This document shows, in pieces, positions 9,926-23,192 of a stretch of DNA of 55,464 nt (the first letter of the stretch is position 1; each line of letters begins with the position of its first letter). A model generated the notes under the pieces. That model worked only from the letters and a program-made list of their open reading frames with translations, made no database searches and was not told the DNA's origin. The stretch is from contig NC_057717.1 of NCBI RefSeq assembly GCF_004010195.1, positions 65,302,218 to 65,357,681 of the forward strand, given 5' to 3'. Source of the DNA: Chiloscyllium plagiosum. Its lineage: Eukaryota. The translations under genes were made by a program, and so were the position numbers.

Positions 9926-12900
9926 TAACCCTCAAACACACACGATCACTGATCCACTTCCGGCACTCACACCGTGGCTTTCAAGGTAATCCTTCTTTCC
10001 CGGACGAATCAAAATCTGATAATCGCCATCGGAATTATACTTAATGAACCAACCTCGACAGCCCTCTGTAGTAAAGCAATCCCCATAGCTTCAATAACCA
10101 CTGAGAGACTAAATTCATCCTCATCTCCTTATTCAGTGAGTGAGATCTTGTTGAGATTTGATGGTCTCTGGTCACAGGTTCTCACACAAAGTAAAACGAA
10201 ACGAAGTGGCAAAAATAATTATTCAGTGTAAGACTGTGGAGTTTGTCAACATTGACATTACTAAAGCACTTGACAATGGCAGGTTGGTCTGCAAAATCAA
10301 ATCACAATCTATGGAATCCAAGGTAGTTGGTAAGTTGGATACAAAATTTTCTTTGTCACAGTAGTCACAGGTGTGTGGAGGGTTTATTGTGATTTGAGGT
10401 CTGTGGCCAGAGATGTTACGCAAGAATCAGTGCTGCAATCTCTGTTTGTAATTTATATCAGTGATTAAGAGGAAAATGTCAGCGCTCTGATTAGTAAATT
10501 TACAGACATTTTTGGAAAGACATTTAGTTATTGGGAAATCTGGGAGAATTGTCGATAATGAGGAAGGATGTGAAAGACTGTAGCAGTATGTCGATCAGTT
10601 GGAACACGGGTTGAAAAATGAGAAAAAAAATTGCATTTCATCGTGACAAGTATAAGCTTTTTGGAAGTCAAATGGTAGAGTAAAATACACGATAAACAAC
10701 CGGCTGTGAGAAACAGATGGATCTTGATTGTATTTCCATACGTTCCCGAAAATAACAACACAGCATGATGTGATGGTAAAGAAAGTCCATGGCATGTTTG
10801 CCTCCCTCTATCGCAACATTAATTGCAGACGTTTACATGTCATGCTGTAACTGAATAAAGCTTCAATCGGCTCAGTTTGGAATGGTATGTGTAGTTCTAT
10901 TCGTCACAAGATATGAAAGATGCGGAGGCTTTGGAGAAGTTGCAGAAGAGGTTTACCAGAATGTTGCCTGGATGAGAATGTGACAAGTATCAGTCGAAAT
11001 TTTGCCTGTATGAAAACGTGTTGACTATGAGGAGAGGTTGGACACAGTTGGATCTTTTTTTCGCGAGTGGTGGAATCTCGGAGGCGACCTGGTCCAGATA
11101 TATGGCATTGGGAGAGGCGTGAATAGTCTGGATGGTCGGAATCTCTTTTCCAACTTGGAAATATCAAATACGAGGGCGCCTTAGTCTCAGGTGAAACTGA
11201 CAAATTTTAAATGAGATGGACAAGACAAGGTTTTATTTGCAAAGAGGGTGGAAGCTGCCCAGGATCATGTAGAAGTGTAAAAGTTAGCAAATTGCTGAAG
11301 CGGCGTTCAGACAGATATACGTCAGGATCTTGGATGTGAATTGAAATTCTCTTTGATTCTTCTAAATTTCAAGCTCAACTGACTCAACCCATTATGATTA
11401 GAATATCCGTCGAGCCCCAAGATCAACCGATCATTCTCTGGCCTCCCTGCAAAACCAGAATTTCTTTCCCTCGGACACTAGTACTGTTCATATTATTCTA
11501 TGCTTCATCTGATTCGTTACTTGTATAATTTTAGCAAGTCCTCCCTATGTTTGCACTCCATTCCCATTTTAATAAATGACAGCATCTTGTTTACTTTCTC
11601 TATTACCTGCTGACCTGTAAGCTGCCTTTTACACAAGAATTCTCAAAAATCTTCGTGCAGTCTGTCTGAAACCAAACGATGCTAGCCTGACAGTAAGTTG
11701 GGAAAAGCTAGAGTGTAATAGAAAGGATATGACAATAAATAATAACTGCGCACTTACAAACAATGGTATACACGTGATTTTATAAAGGGGAAATATTTTT
11801 AAACCTGTTTGGATTTTACATTTTGGCGTGACCATTAATGACAGAATTGATAGAGGTCGGGGAGGGGACTGACGGTTTGGGGACATTTGAAGTTTCAGAA
11901 GCGTTTTGAACAGTTTCAATAAGGGATAAATCTCAGCTAGGGAGAGACTAAGGCCCGTTAGAGTTCAATGAGGTTGTCTATGTGCATCCATTGTTCATGG
12001 CGGGGATCTGAAATAAATATGCTGTAGGAACTCCTATTGAGAATGAAAGGAAGCTCAGGAAGTTCGGAGAATAAATTGTGATATCTTGGAAAGTGTTCAC
12101 GTTGTAGAATAGGATGTGCTGGTAATCCAGAAATGCAAAAAGGTTTCCGAAACCTGGGGACATGAGCAGATGTATAGCAGTTCTTTACGTGCTGCTCAGG
12201 AAAAACATGAGGGCCTCTTGCAGAGATATTTATAACATCGACAGTCACTAAAGACCAATAAGATTGATGAATGTAGTGCATTAGTTGTTAGAGTAGATTC
12301 TGAAGGAATGGATTATCATGCATTTGGAAAGGCAAGGAGTAACGAGCAATAGTCAGCATGGAGTTGTGCGCGGAAAGTCGTTTCTGACAAACCTGACTGG
12401 TGTTTGAGGAGGTAGAGAAGTCGTATATCAAGTGAAAGCAGTACACCTTGTCGACATGGTCTTTAACAAGGCCTTTGAAAAGGTTCTGCATGGCAGAAGA
12501 AAATAACCTAACAACTACGAGCAGAGGTTGGTCGTCTGGCCCTTCATGCCTGTTCCACCATTCAATAAAGTCATGGCTTATCTTTTCCTGGATTCAGAAC
12601 AGCCTACTAGCGCACACCTTATCCTTTCATTAATTTTTCTTTTCAAGAATATGTCGACCTTAGCTTTAAAACGTTTACAGAAGTAATGTGAACTGCTTCA
12701 CTGCAGTAGGAATTCCACAGATTAAAAGCACTTTTGGTGTAAAGGTTCCTTCTCAACTCAGTTCAAATGCTGCTCCCTCTAATCTTTTGGCTATGCCCTC
12801 TTCTCCTCGCTTCACCAGCCAATGGAAATATCCTCTCAACGTCTATCATCTGTATTCCCTTCATAGTTTTATTTTTTCTCTGATCTTCCCGTTTGGTTTG

Positions 12901-13279
12901 AATTCCAATGAATAAAGTCCCCAAATACTCTTTGTATCTCCTTATAAGCCAATCCTCTCAACTTAGAAATCGAACATGTGAACGTCCTGTGCACCCCTCC
13001 TGTGTCAATGCATCCTTCCTCAAGTAAAGATACCAAAACAACATACGATAATCCAGGCTTCGGCAGCACCTTGCACAGTTGCAACATCAAACACTCTGCT
13101 TTTAAACTCAATCCCTTCAGCCAATGAAGGACAACATTTAATTTGCTTTCCTAATTAGTTGTTTCACCTTCAGACCAACCTTATGTGGCTCATGCACAAG
13201 TACACCTAGGTCCCTCTGCACGGCAGAGTGCTGCAACATTTTACCATTCAATTCATAATCCTTTCGACTGTTGCTCCTA

Positions 13280-13400
13280 GCAAGCTCTGAAGGTGCTGGT
13301 GTTCCACTGGTGTGGACAAAGTTAAAATTCACACAAAACCGGGTTATATATCAACAGTTTGGTTTGGAAGCACCAGCTTTCCGAGCAGCGCTCTCCTTAC
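13280..13400 (-). mobile_element. Short PLE terminal fragment (same family as 21190-21840) inside a CR1
   Basis: Minus strand ggagagcgctgctcggaaagctggtgcttccaaaccaaactgttg matches the 21725-21800 segment; the hammerhead core is truncated. Confidence 0.55.
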
Positions 13401-14919
13401 TGACACTCGTCTCTTTATCGATCACTGGCATATTATTGGAGTCCTCCACTGTGAAGACCGATCACAAATAACCTGTTCAATGCCTCAGTCGTTTAATCAT
13501 GTTCCATAACTAAATGCCTAAGCTATTTTATCGTGTTCCATAACTAAATATTCCTCCTCATCCTCTAAATAACTAACATTTACTTTCGCCACTACTTTGT
13601 GTTGTACATAATTATCGAACATTTTGCTGTCTGAACTAGAACCGTCTTTTTCTTCTGTGGTGGTTTATCTCATGTTTTACCTTACTATTCTTTGTAGCAC
13701 TTTTTCTGGCTTGCGGTTTACCTTTGAAGTTTTCCAAATCTTCTCGATCCCTGCTGTTTTTGAAAACTTTGTATCGCTTCTATTTCAATTATTAGCTTCC
13801 CTTATTTCCTTAGATACTCATTGCATAGTACCCCTTCTTCTTACAGTCGTCCCTTTTCGCTGGAATATGTTTTTTGCTGAGCACCTTGAAAAACATGCTC
13901 TGAATGTCCTCCGCAGCGAGTCAACATACCCACATTAAAATATTTGCTTCCAGTCTATTTGCGTTAGGTCCTCGCTCATTCTATTGTAGTGTCCTGTTTT
14001 TGAGCAAACGGCCATGGTATTGCATTTTATCTTCACACACTCCACTTGTCCTCTAAATTGAAAAAAAAAACTGTGATCACTCCTTCCAAGAAGTTTTCTA
14101 ACAAACAGACCATTAATTATTCCTGCCTCATTACGCAGGACCAGATCTAGGATAATTTGGTCCCTCATTGGTTCCATTCCATACTGTAAAAGCCAACTAT
14201 CACGGAAACACTGAACCTACTCCTCCTCAAGTCGAATGTAACCGAGCTGGTTCGCCCAGTTTACATATAGATTAATATTCCCCATGTTAATTGCCGTACT
14301 GTTTTACAGACGTTGATTATTTATTTGTTGATTGCCCGCCCCAGACTGGTTAATAAGTTAAGATCACACAGTCCAAGGGAGTGCTCACCAGCTGGATTCA
14401 AACTTTGATTGAGGTCGAAGACAGAGCGTGTTCATAGTGGGTTGTGGTCAAAGTGCAGACCTATGAAAAACAGTGTGCCGTGAGTTTCGGAGCTGGATCC
14501 ATTGTTGTGCATCGTTTAAATAAACGATTTGTATTAGAGAACATGAGTCATGTATAACAATTTTACTCCTGACATTGAAATTGGTTGTAAAGTAAACTGT
14601 GAAATGGTTTATCTACGAGTACAACGGGATCAACAATAAAGGTGACTTAGTGTTGAGGTAGAGCAGGTGGAGATCTCAATGACGTTGCATTTTGCGAATA
14701 CAAACCAGGGCGGTTCTTGTCTAAATAATGTTCGTGGTTTGGGTAGTGTTATCAAACAGAGAGATCTAGGGATGCAACGACACAGTTCTTTGTAGGTTGT
14801 GTTACAGGTAGACAGTCTGGTGTAGCAGGTGTTTTGGATGCTTGCCTTCATTGTCAGAGCATTGAGAATAGGAGTTGCGATGTCATGCTGTGGCTGTACA
14901 AGACATTAGTGAGAGGTCC

Positions 14920-15135
14920 ATAATATAGTTGTTGATTGTCTGAGAAAACAAAGACTCAGCGGGTTCATTTATGTCCTTTAAGGAAGGACATCTGACAGAC
15001 TTTCCTACTGTGGATCACATGTTACCCCAGACCTACAGCAAGCTGGCAGGTTCTGAACGACCTCCATGCAATAAGCAGTGGGGAACGTATGCTGGTCCAA
15101 CCAGTGATATCCTCAGACCATGAATGCAGAAATGT
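14920..15135 (+). mobile_element. SacSINE/DeuSINE-like SINE, 3' half
   Basis: ggttcatttatgtcctttaaggaaggacatctg...gtgactccagacc-like...tgctggtccaaccagtgat...catgaatg tail; recalled consensus, decayed. Confidence 0.5.
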
Positions 15136-16564
15136 AAACGCATTCTTCCGTGGCTACCGCTGAAAACTCCTCCAGCTGCAGGAATGCATACTGCCCCTGT
15201 AATATTCTTCAGAACCTTGCCACTCTCTGTTACAGTGTCAACACCTCCATCGCCCTGAACCCTCCCCATACTTATCTTCTCATTACGCTCTGACAATGAT
15301 TCCCATTCCCACTACTCTCCTACTCCGAGGAGACTCCTTGCAATCCCTTTAACAAATACTTCCATATTTTTGAAATGTTAGATTCTTCAGAACCGTTAGC
15401 TTTTTTTTCTTGTCTTCGAAGCATTCTTAATTATATCTGATCCTTTCCATCCTATGTGAAGCACAGTTGGGAATGTCTTACTGAATTTTTATCTTTTTGT
15501 TGAATATTTTACACCGTTCCTTCGAATGGTTTCCACTGCTCACTTCCAGCAGCACATTTCAGCCTGTTTACCGTGTTTACCTTGGCCAGTTCTCCACTCA
15601 AACTCATGTAATAGGTTTTGTTTATGATTATCAGCTGTGCCTACTGGTCATTTTAAAAATTCACAATCTCTTTGAATTCCAATATATTACAATTTCGCAG
15701 GGATCGCTCAGTGTGATATCTCTCTTGCCCTCACTGTCATCTTCTCAACGATCTGGGATAGCTATTGCACTATTTGCACTATTTGTTATTCAAATAAATA
15801 TTGCCAAAAAGCATTCTGGAAACTCCTGTTTGAACATCGCTCTTGCTAGTGTGACTGTTCCAGACTATGGAAAGATTGACGTCTCCCAACATTATTACAA
15901 TGCCTTTGTTACAAATTCTAATAATTCACGTTTCCTGCCGTAATGAGTAACTAAATATTACTCAGCAGCAGAAAATTCATTCACCTTCTGATGCTTTTGA
16001 CAAGTTGTACCTTGAATTCGGGGGATTCAAGTGAATAATCTGAGGTCAATTATTTTTTTGGTAATGCCTTTGTCCGGGTTACACATTCTGTTTTCCCGTT
16101 CACCCTGCGCCTCGGGACGGTTGTATACTGTTAAATACCTATGTTCTACAAGTTGTTCACTTTTCAACCACTGTCCATCTACTTTATTTCAGGTAATTTC
16201 TGAAAATAAATATAATTTACGCGTTCTCAGCATTTTCCCTAACTAACCTATTAGGTGATATACAGTTTTAGTTCAACTCTGTCCATTCCTGTTCATTTCT
16301 CCTTGTCTTCAGCCATATCGTCAATGCTTTTCCGATACTTCACTTTTCCTCTTTGAATTTCGAAAGCTTCTTTTACCTGAACAATGTCCCTGCGTCTTCT
16401 CTGACTGTTTCAATACCTTTTCATGAACATTTCGACGGGATTGGCCAGGACACTAGTCCCAGTTGGGTTACGTTTATTTGGCGCGTGGCATGTGGATGTT
16501 TATCGCTGTTCAGTATTTATTCCCCTAGCTGGCCTTGAACTGAGTGACTTGCTAGACCATTTCA

Positions 16565-16763
16565 GAGATCAGAGCTGGAAATGTGTTGCTGGAAAAGCGC
16601 AGCAGGTCAGGCAGCACCTAGGGAACAGGAGAATCGACGTTTCGGGCATTAGCCCTTCTCGTCGATTCTCCTGTTCCCTAGATGCTGCCTGACCTGCTGC
16701 GCTTTTCCAGCAACACATTTCCAGCTCTGATCTCCAGCATCTGCAGACCTCACTTTCTCCTCA
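16565..16763. mobile_element. Short fold-back PLE terminal-repeat insertion with TSD
   Basis: Inverted arms 16565-16639 and 16660-16734 (75 bp, 1 mismatch) plus tail. Direct repeat accatttcagagatcag at 16556-16572 and 16764-16780, partly overlapping element sequence. Confidence 0.92.
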
Positions 16764-17359
16764 ACCATTTCAGAGATCAGTTGAGCGTCAAACACATTGT
16801 TTTTGGTCTGGATGATATAAATACCAGACAGCTGCTAATAACAGATTTCCTTTCCTGAAAGATATTAATCTATCAAATGGATGTCCCTTGCTGAACTGTC
16901 TTGTGAATAACACGAGGCCATTGACTGACCACTAATAACTCACTCATCTCTAAGTACTGATACAATTCCACCCACCTTCTTAGTGACCATTGTTTGGTAC
17001 TGATAACTTCCTGAACTCTGGTGCGACCACTCGGTATCTCTTCATGGAGTATCCCTCATCATGCGTGTCTAATTGTTTCTGCCTTCACCTTTTCCCAGCT
17101 ACTCCAAATTCTGAGTGAACAGAATTCTCCGCTCCAGAGAGATGAGGTATCACAGGCCAAGGCGGAGAGTGGGATTTTCCAGATCTCTATGGGCTTCACT
17201 AACATTCTCCAGGTGTAGCACTCAATGCATCACTCCATTTTCCGTTTCTCTCTATTTCTCTGTCTCCAGTAGGTATGCAGTAAATGCCCAACTCAATAGA
17301 CTTCACAAAAGCTGGGAGTCTCATCCATCACCAGGAATTACAATAAGTGTCATTTATTG

Positions 17360-18745
17360 AGCCCGCACTAGGATGAATTCATTCTCCTATCGAATTGGTG
17401 TCCTTCTGTGCATGTCTGTACATATAGTAGTGATAGTTGTTCATGTATTTTGGTGGCTATTTGGTGCTCGTGTATCCTGGCGGCTAGTTTCCTGCCTGTG
17501 ATACTAATGAAGTTTTCAGTCAGACGGATGATCGACAACTCCAGAGTTGTGGACAAAAGCAACTTCGATTAGAACTAGAATCCAATCCAAAAGAGAATGA
17601 CTTATGGAAGAAATCCAGCATGTCATCAGTCCAACAGCAGCACCAGTGCTAAACAGAAGGAAAGATGGGGACACGCCCTTAATACCCAAGAATGGTAAGC
17701 CCTGGAAGGACTCAGAAAATGTAAAGGTATTGTCATCATGCCGACTAAAATAGGGCACGTGGCCGTCATCCCAAACATAACACAATACATTGAAAAGGCA
17801 AACTCATTTCTCGCAGACAATGACACCTTTCTACATGTTGGAATGGACCTGACACCACAGCAAGAAAACCGGATCACAGCGCACTGCAGAATCTCCAAAA
17901 GCTGGCGAAATGACAAAGACTGACGGCTCAAGAATGAAACCTTTTGGATACAGCACATCCCTTTTCAACGAATTACTGAAGGTACACAAACCGGGAGGGG
18001 GGGGGGGGTGCCTTCAGACCCAAAGTGCCACTCATTGGCACACAAAAATACAGATGAGCAAAGAAACTTCACCAAAAATTCAAAACAGGTATTAGAAGCC
18101 TGATACTACTCCATCCACTCCACCCAAGAATTTTTGAACATCACCCATGCACCAAGCTAGGGGAAGACGAAGTCATGGTTACCTTCGACAAAATAAATTA
18201 ATATTAGCCTGGCCAAAGAAACACAAACTGCACACTAAGAGACGGAACCAAGGACATAAGTAACGAACAGCACCAACTCCATCAGCAAGGACAGCAAGGT
18301 AGGAGTCCTGTGCCTCACTGCCCATTTTACTTTCAACGACAAGCCATACAAACAAATCAACGGGAAACGCATGGCATTACCCATACCAGGATTCATAGCA
18401 GAAGCAGTTATCCGGAAACTCTTACAAACAGCCTTTCACATGTTCCAAACCATTCTTTGCATCCGGTATTTGAATGACACGTTTTTGCATCCCGAAATGG
18501 AACAAATTCGAAGAAACCTGCAATCTCATAAACAACATATTTACTGGTATAATATTCACCCAAGAGGAAGAGAACAAAAACAGACTCCCCTTCCCAGACG
18601 ATGTGCTTTAGTCCAAAACATCGATTTTCTTGCTCCTCGGATGCTGCCTGACCTGCTGTGCTTTTCCAGCACCACTCTAATCTTGAATCTAATCTCCAGC
18701 ATTTGAAGTACCCACTTTCCTCTTCCTAGATGTCACAATGAAAAC
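17360..18745. mobile_element. Poseidon-type PLE remnant (RT on +, inverted GIY-YIG piece at ~17360-17520); PLE-end insert at ~18605-18722
   Basis: MALPIPGFIAEAVIRKL...IRYLNDTF (RT motifs B and C) in ORF 18371-18706; DLTPQQENRIT is shared with ORF 33409-33690. Confidence 0.75.
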
Positions 18746-20600
18746 GTTGAGAGTCGGAGTTGAGATGTCACGCTGTGGCAGTAGAGAACATTGCTGAGGA
18801 CACCATGTTGATCAGTATTGTTGATCAAATCTCCTCTCAGTATCCTCTGTTCCAAACTTTCCTCATAATTGTACTTTCACTTGCACAGAATAACGAATTT
18901 CCTCTGCATTCTCTCCAGTTCAATTGCATCCTTCATTGTGACAGGGTGCCCAGAACTGCGCACAGTCCACAAGCTGCGAATGACCTTATTATGTACACAG
19001 TTCCAGCATAAGCTTCCTGATCTTATGTTCTGCACTTTGGATGATCGAGAAAATGAAGCCATTCTCTCACGTAAAGATATTATTGAAGTGTTCTTTTACC
19101 TTCTGGGATGAGCACACACAGTCAATCCTCTCAGTTGCTGTGTATTCCTCTCTATCGTTGTTGCGCCCCAAATGCTTTGTCTTGCACGTCTCTTGGTTCT
19201 TTGCTTCATTCACCTGGGCCCAGTAGATTCTGTTTTTAAACGGTATGCTGTGTGTTCTCTTATCAAATACAAGTACATCACATCAAGTTGCAAGTTACTG
19301 TCTCGAACCGAAGCAGAAAGATTAATTTGGAATGATCCTTCTTAAACAAATCCATGTCTTTCTGCCTACGACTCCCTGGGCAGAAAGACAGCAAAAAAAA
19401 AAATCAGTAGTGCTCGAAATTGTAAGTATGGTGAGAAAAAAAATGAATTTATTAGGAAAGAAGTGGTTTCAGAGAAATTATTGAGAATGAAAGCCTAGAT
19501 AGATTTATGGTATTGGAATCATGTCAGAGACATTGACTCGTAGATAAATTATGGAGAAACGATCGATTCAACGCATTGGGTTATCGGAAAAAAAGAGTCA
19601 AGAAACCCAAGCTTTGTGGAGAAAATCAAACCTTATGGAATTGGGGCTAATTTATTGCCATGTTTTAAGAATGGGCGAGCTGACAGAAAGCAATATGTTT
19701 TTGCATCTGAAGACTTAAGTGGTATCGCAAGGATCTGTTCTTCGACCCCAGTTATCTCGATGCATATCAAACATTTGGTTGAAGGATTCAAATTTAATGT
19801 TTCCAAGCCTGCTGATGTCACGAAACGATGTCTGGTTATGAGTAGATGAGGAGGTGTTTAGTAAAGCTCTAATTTGATTGAGACAAGTAGAGTGAATCAG
19901 GAAATACATGGCAGACAAAGGGCGATTTAGACTTTGCTCACTTTGGTGATCGATAGAAAACAGCAGCCGATATTTGAAAAAGGATTGTTTGAAAAAGGTT
20001 GATCTATAAAGTGATTTATCCGCTTTTTATTGCTTTCTTCAGCGCAGCCTCTGGCGTCAATGCAGTACAGTGTGGTCTTAAGCTCGATATCAAAACGAGA
20101 ATGACTTTTTCACGCCGAGCAATGCACATAGACCCACGTGGTGGGTAGCTGTAACATTTAAAAGAGATCTGAATATCCTTATCACCAGTCAGTGAAAGTA
20201 ATATTTCAGGTGAAGAAAGCAATGAGGATGATAAATGATGTGTTGACCTTCATTGTCAACAACCTGCCACCACCACCTTCGTTTCTTACCTTCAAGCTAA
20301 TGACATCCAGCTCTCCACGAATTCAATGTAATCTAACTTTGCTAACAGACTATCATGTGAAAAATTGTCGAACAACTTACTGAGCTCCATGTCGCCAACA
20401 TCTGCTGCTGTTCCTTCATCATTCTTCTTCATCCTTTTTTTAAAAACATCAATGAACTTAGTGACACACGAGTTCCCACGCACAAAGCCCTGTTGACTAC
20501 CTCTACCCAGTCCTTTGTTTTCCAAATACAAGTATTTCCAGTCCCTCAGAATATCCTCCAAGATCTTGCCCACACTGACGTCAGGCTCACCGGTGTGTTA
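18745..20600. mobile_element. Old CR1 fragments, mixed orientation
   Basis: SQQGFVRGNSCVTKFIDVF...MELSKLFD (20292-20573 -); KIKPYGIGANLL...VSKPADVTK (19616-19849 +). Confidence 0.7.
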
Positions 20601-21189
20601 TTCCCTAGCGTTTCTGAGATGCAGTTTAAGAATGTTATGTAACGTGCCATAGCAGTTGACCTGGCAATGCCTTTTTTTTATATATTCTCATTCTTTTGAA
20701 TTAAACCCCTCAAAGCGTAAAACCTCTGCCTTTTATTTCCGCTTATTTCCACAACATGTACTCAGTTAATGAATTATCTTCTTCTATCTTATCTTTCCCT
20801 GGTCATGGTATCAGAATCAAATCTTTGAAACTTGTTCTGTGCCAGTCCTCTGAACGCCTTTGTTTGTCCCTCTCAGCTGATCGTGCGGTCAGTAACACGG
20901 GCAAGAGCCCAAATATTATTGTATCGGACCAGGCATCAAACTTGAAGCTGACGGGCTTCTGACTGACTCTTCTTATTGAACGTTAATGGAGTTGCTCGGG
21001 ATGGTTTGATAGAGGTTGTGCTATAATCCATCTCAGACAATCACGGGGCAATGAGGACTTTGTAACTCAATTCTGGACAGAGCATGGAGGCTGTACCAAC
21101 TGGGTCTGCAACATGAAGAAGTGAAGCAGAGGCGCAGAGAGGCGAAGCTCTGAAACAATGGAATGAGAGCGTGTCGGGAGAGGGATCCG

Positions 21190-21840
21190 CTCTATCTACT
21201 TGTGTCTTAAATGGACACACACTCTCACTCTCCCCCTTACACACACTCACATTTACACTCTCTTGCACACGCATACAAACACACATATTTAAATATTTGT
21301 TGTGAAAGAGCATTTGAAAATTTGTATTTGCAGATAGATTATATTTTGTTCAAAATCATAAAATATATAGATATCAGATAATGTGACATTTTATACACAC
21401 CTACGTCGGAACCAAAACGAGTCTGACACCAGTTGAAGACACAGACAGACTCAAAACCAGTCCTCACACCTAAAATACATTGTATAACCAGAGGGGTCCC
21501 CTCCTTTACATCGATGATATATTAGGTTATCTCCCAGCAGTGATTTGACATAAAGTTGAGATTTGCATATTGATGTATCAAGACCAACACCTCCATTCTC
21601 ACTGAGTAAAGATGTAAGAGCCATCTTAAATGTATTGAATCCATGTGAATACGTTGCATGACCCTTTGATCTTTTCCTCATAAATTATCTTTCTCTGGTC
21701 TTCTTTTTCACTAACACCTGAGGAACGAGCAGCGCTCCAAAAGCTAGTGTTTTCAAAAAACTCCATTTGGATTATAAACTAGTGTCATGTGATATTTTTG
21801 GCATTATCCAAGCCAATCCAACACGAGTACATCCATAGCA
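21190..21840. mobile_element. PLE terminal-repeat remnant of a third family, ending in a hammerhead-like motif
   Basis: (CA)n-rich start; aacacCTGAGGA...AAAAGCTAgtgtt at 21713-21751; downstream sequence shared with 13300-13400. Confidence 0.55.
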
Positions 21841-21869
21841 TGGCATTCATTGGTTAGCTAATCATCTCT

Positions 21870-22135
21870 CCAAGCAAATAATATTTTTTTACAAAGCCGG
21901 TGGACGCTTGTATTGCATGGTCGTTTTTGTGGGCTACCTTAGGGCAATGCCATCTGGATATCCAGTTGCAATATATCGATAGGATGCCCTTCATTCACTT
22001 TGTTTGACACATTTATAAATACACTCCGACAAACAATTCAAACTCGATTTGTCTTTCTTAAAATCATGGTGATTGTGATGGATTTTACTTGAACTTTGAC
22101 AATCCACTATTATTAATCTCTTAATAACAGGTTTC
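21870..22135 (-). mobile_element. Very old CR1 RT fragment
   Basis: Minus translation HHDFKKDKSSLN...VNEGHPIDILQLDIQMALPKV resembles QHGF.KGKSCLTN...VD.VYLDF.KAFDKV. Confidence 0.55.
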
Positions 22136-22852
22136 AACAATAGCTTCAATTCCGATAGTTTGCGCACTGCTTTATATTCCCTCGTGGAGCTGGTTCTTCT
22201 AAGTTCTTCCCTTTCTACAACCTCTGCGTTCCCAATTCATTTCCTGTGTAACAGACACAAAGCATTGAAAGATCTGCTCCAATCGCTGTGTATTGGTATG
22301 ACTGGCGAGTGGATTCATTTGTGACCTGGTTTACTTCAATGGCTGAATGTACTCCGGGTTTTCCGACTTTATAGTCTCGATGCTCTGAATGTCCTGTTCC
22401 TTTTCCTGACCAAGCCGCTCAAGATCTGAATGTTCTCCTCGTGTTGTTGTGGAGACGTTTGGGGACTTACAGAATCTTCCTGCCATGGTGCAGCATTTCA
22501 AGAGGCTCAAGTGACTTTTCAAATACTTCCACAACAGGCTCGAGATCCTGAATAGTCTTCTCCTTCATCGCTGAAATGAGTTTGAGAAAGTGACTGTTTT
22601 GCTCCTGATCCAATTCAACAGAAATGCGATTGAATTACCTCCTTATGTTTACTTAAAAACAAACTGAAAAGGCTTCACGTCTTTCTGCTGTTCGTGTGCA
22701 ACACACTCAATGCGCGAAATAGCCTTGCCTTAAGCTAACAATTTCAACTCACTTTGTGGCTTCTTTCAGTTCTTGTCTTGCATCATTGAGAAGGCTGAAT
22801 GGTCTTATTGTTCTGTTGTGTATCAGGATACAAGTGCTGCCTAGTCTATTAT

Positions 22853-23010
22853 GGCTCCTATGTTGTAGTGTGGATGGGCTAATTGGCTTCTATCTGAAAG
22901 TGTATGAGGATACAAGAATTGAACAGCCTCCTCCCTATCTGTTACAACAGGGTTGAAGAAGTGTCTCTTGCTGTTCCTATGTTCCAGGTTCGATATCTGA
23001 ATTGGACTCC
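22853..23010 (+). pseudogene. Possible intron-containing tRNA-Arg(TCT) pseudogene
   Basis: 5' half ggctcc...tggatgggctaattggcTTCTA resembles GGCTCCGTGGCGCAATGGATAGCGCATTGGACTTCTA. 3' half gttcctatgttccaggttcga..tctg...ggactc resembles ATTCAAAGGTTCCGGGTTCGAGTCCCGGCGGAGTCG. About 80 nt separate them. Confidence 0.35.
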
Positions 23011-23117
23011 TCAATTGGCTGTGCAATTGCCTTCTATTGGTGAGCTTTAAAACAAAATCTTGTAAATTTTAATAGACATTGCATCATCTTGCCCATCCCT
23101 CTCTCATCCGTTAACAT

Positions 23118-23192
23118 GGCGTTGGGACTTAGTTGGTTAAAGTGCCATCTCGTTAAACACAGATATCTGGGGTTTAAACCGTAGCTGTGCCG
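23118..23192 (+). pseudogene. tRNA-Thr pseudogene (anticodon position reads CGT)
   Basis: ggcgttgggacttagttggttaaagtgcc.tctCGTtaaaca...gggtttaaaccgtagctgtgcc aligns end to end with vertebrate tRNA-Thr; stems and T-loop are disrupted. Confidence 0.75.

Larger units (their letters stand above)
10230..16400. mobile_element. Block of old CR1 fragments in alternating orientation (approx. 10230-11320 +, 11340-11660 -, 11700-12500 +, 12500-14340 -, 14350-14915 +, 15350-16400 -)
   Basis: Decayed motifs: VQRDLGVLVHE (13138-13332), ILDLVLRNE...LGRSDHS (13935-14177), and QHG..GKSFLTNL and DMVFNKAFEKV near 12355-12490. Confidence 0.7.
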
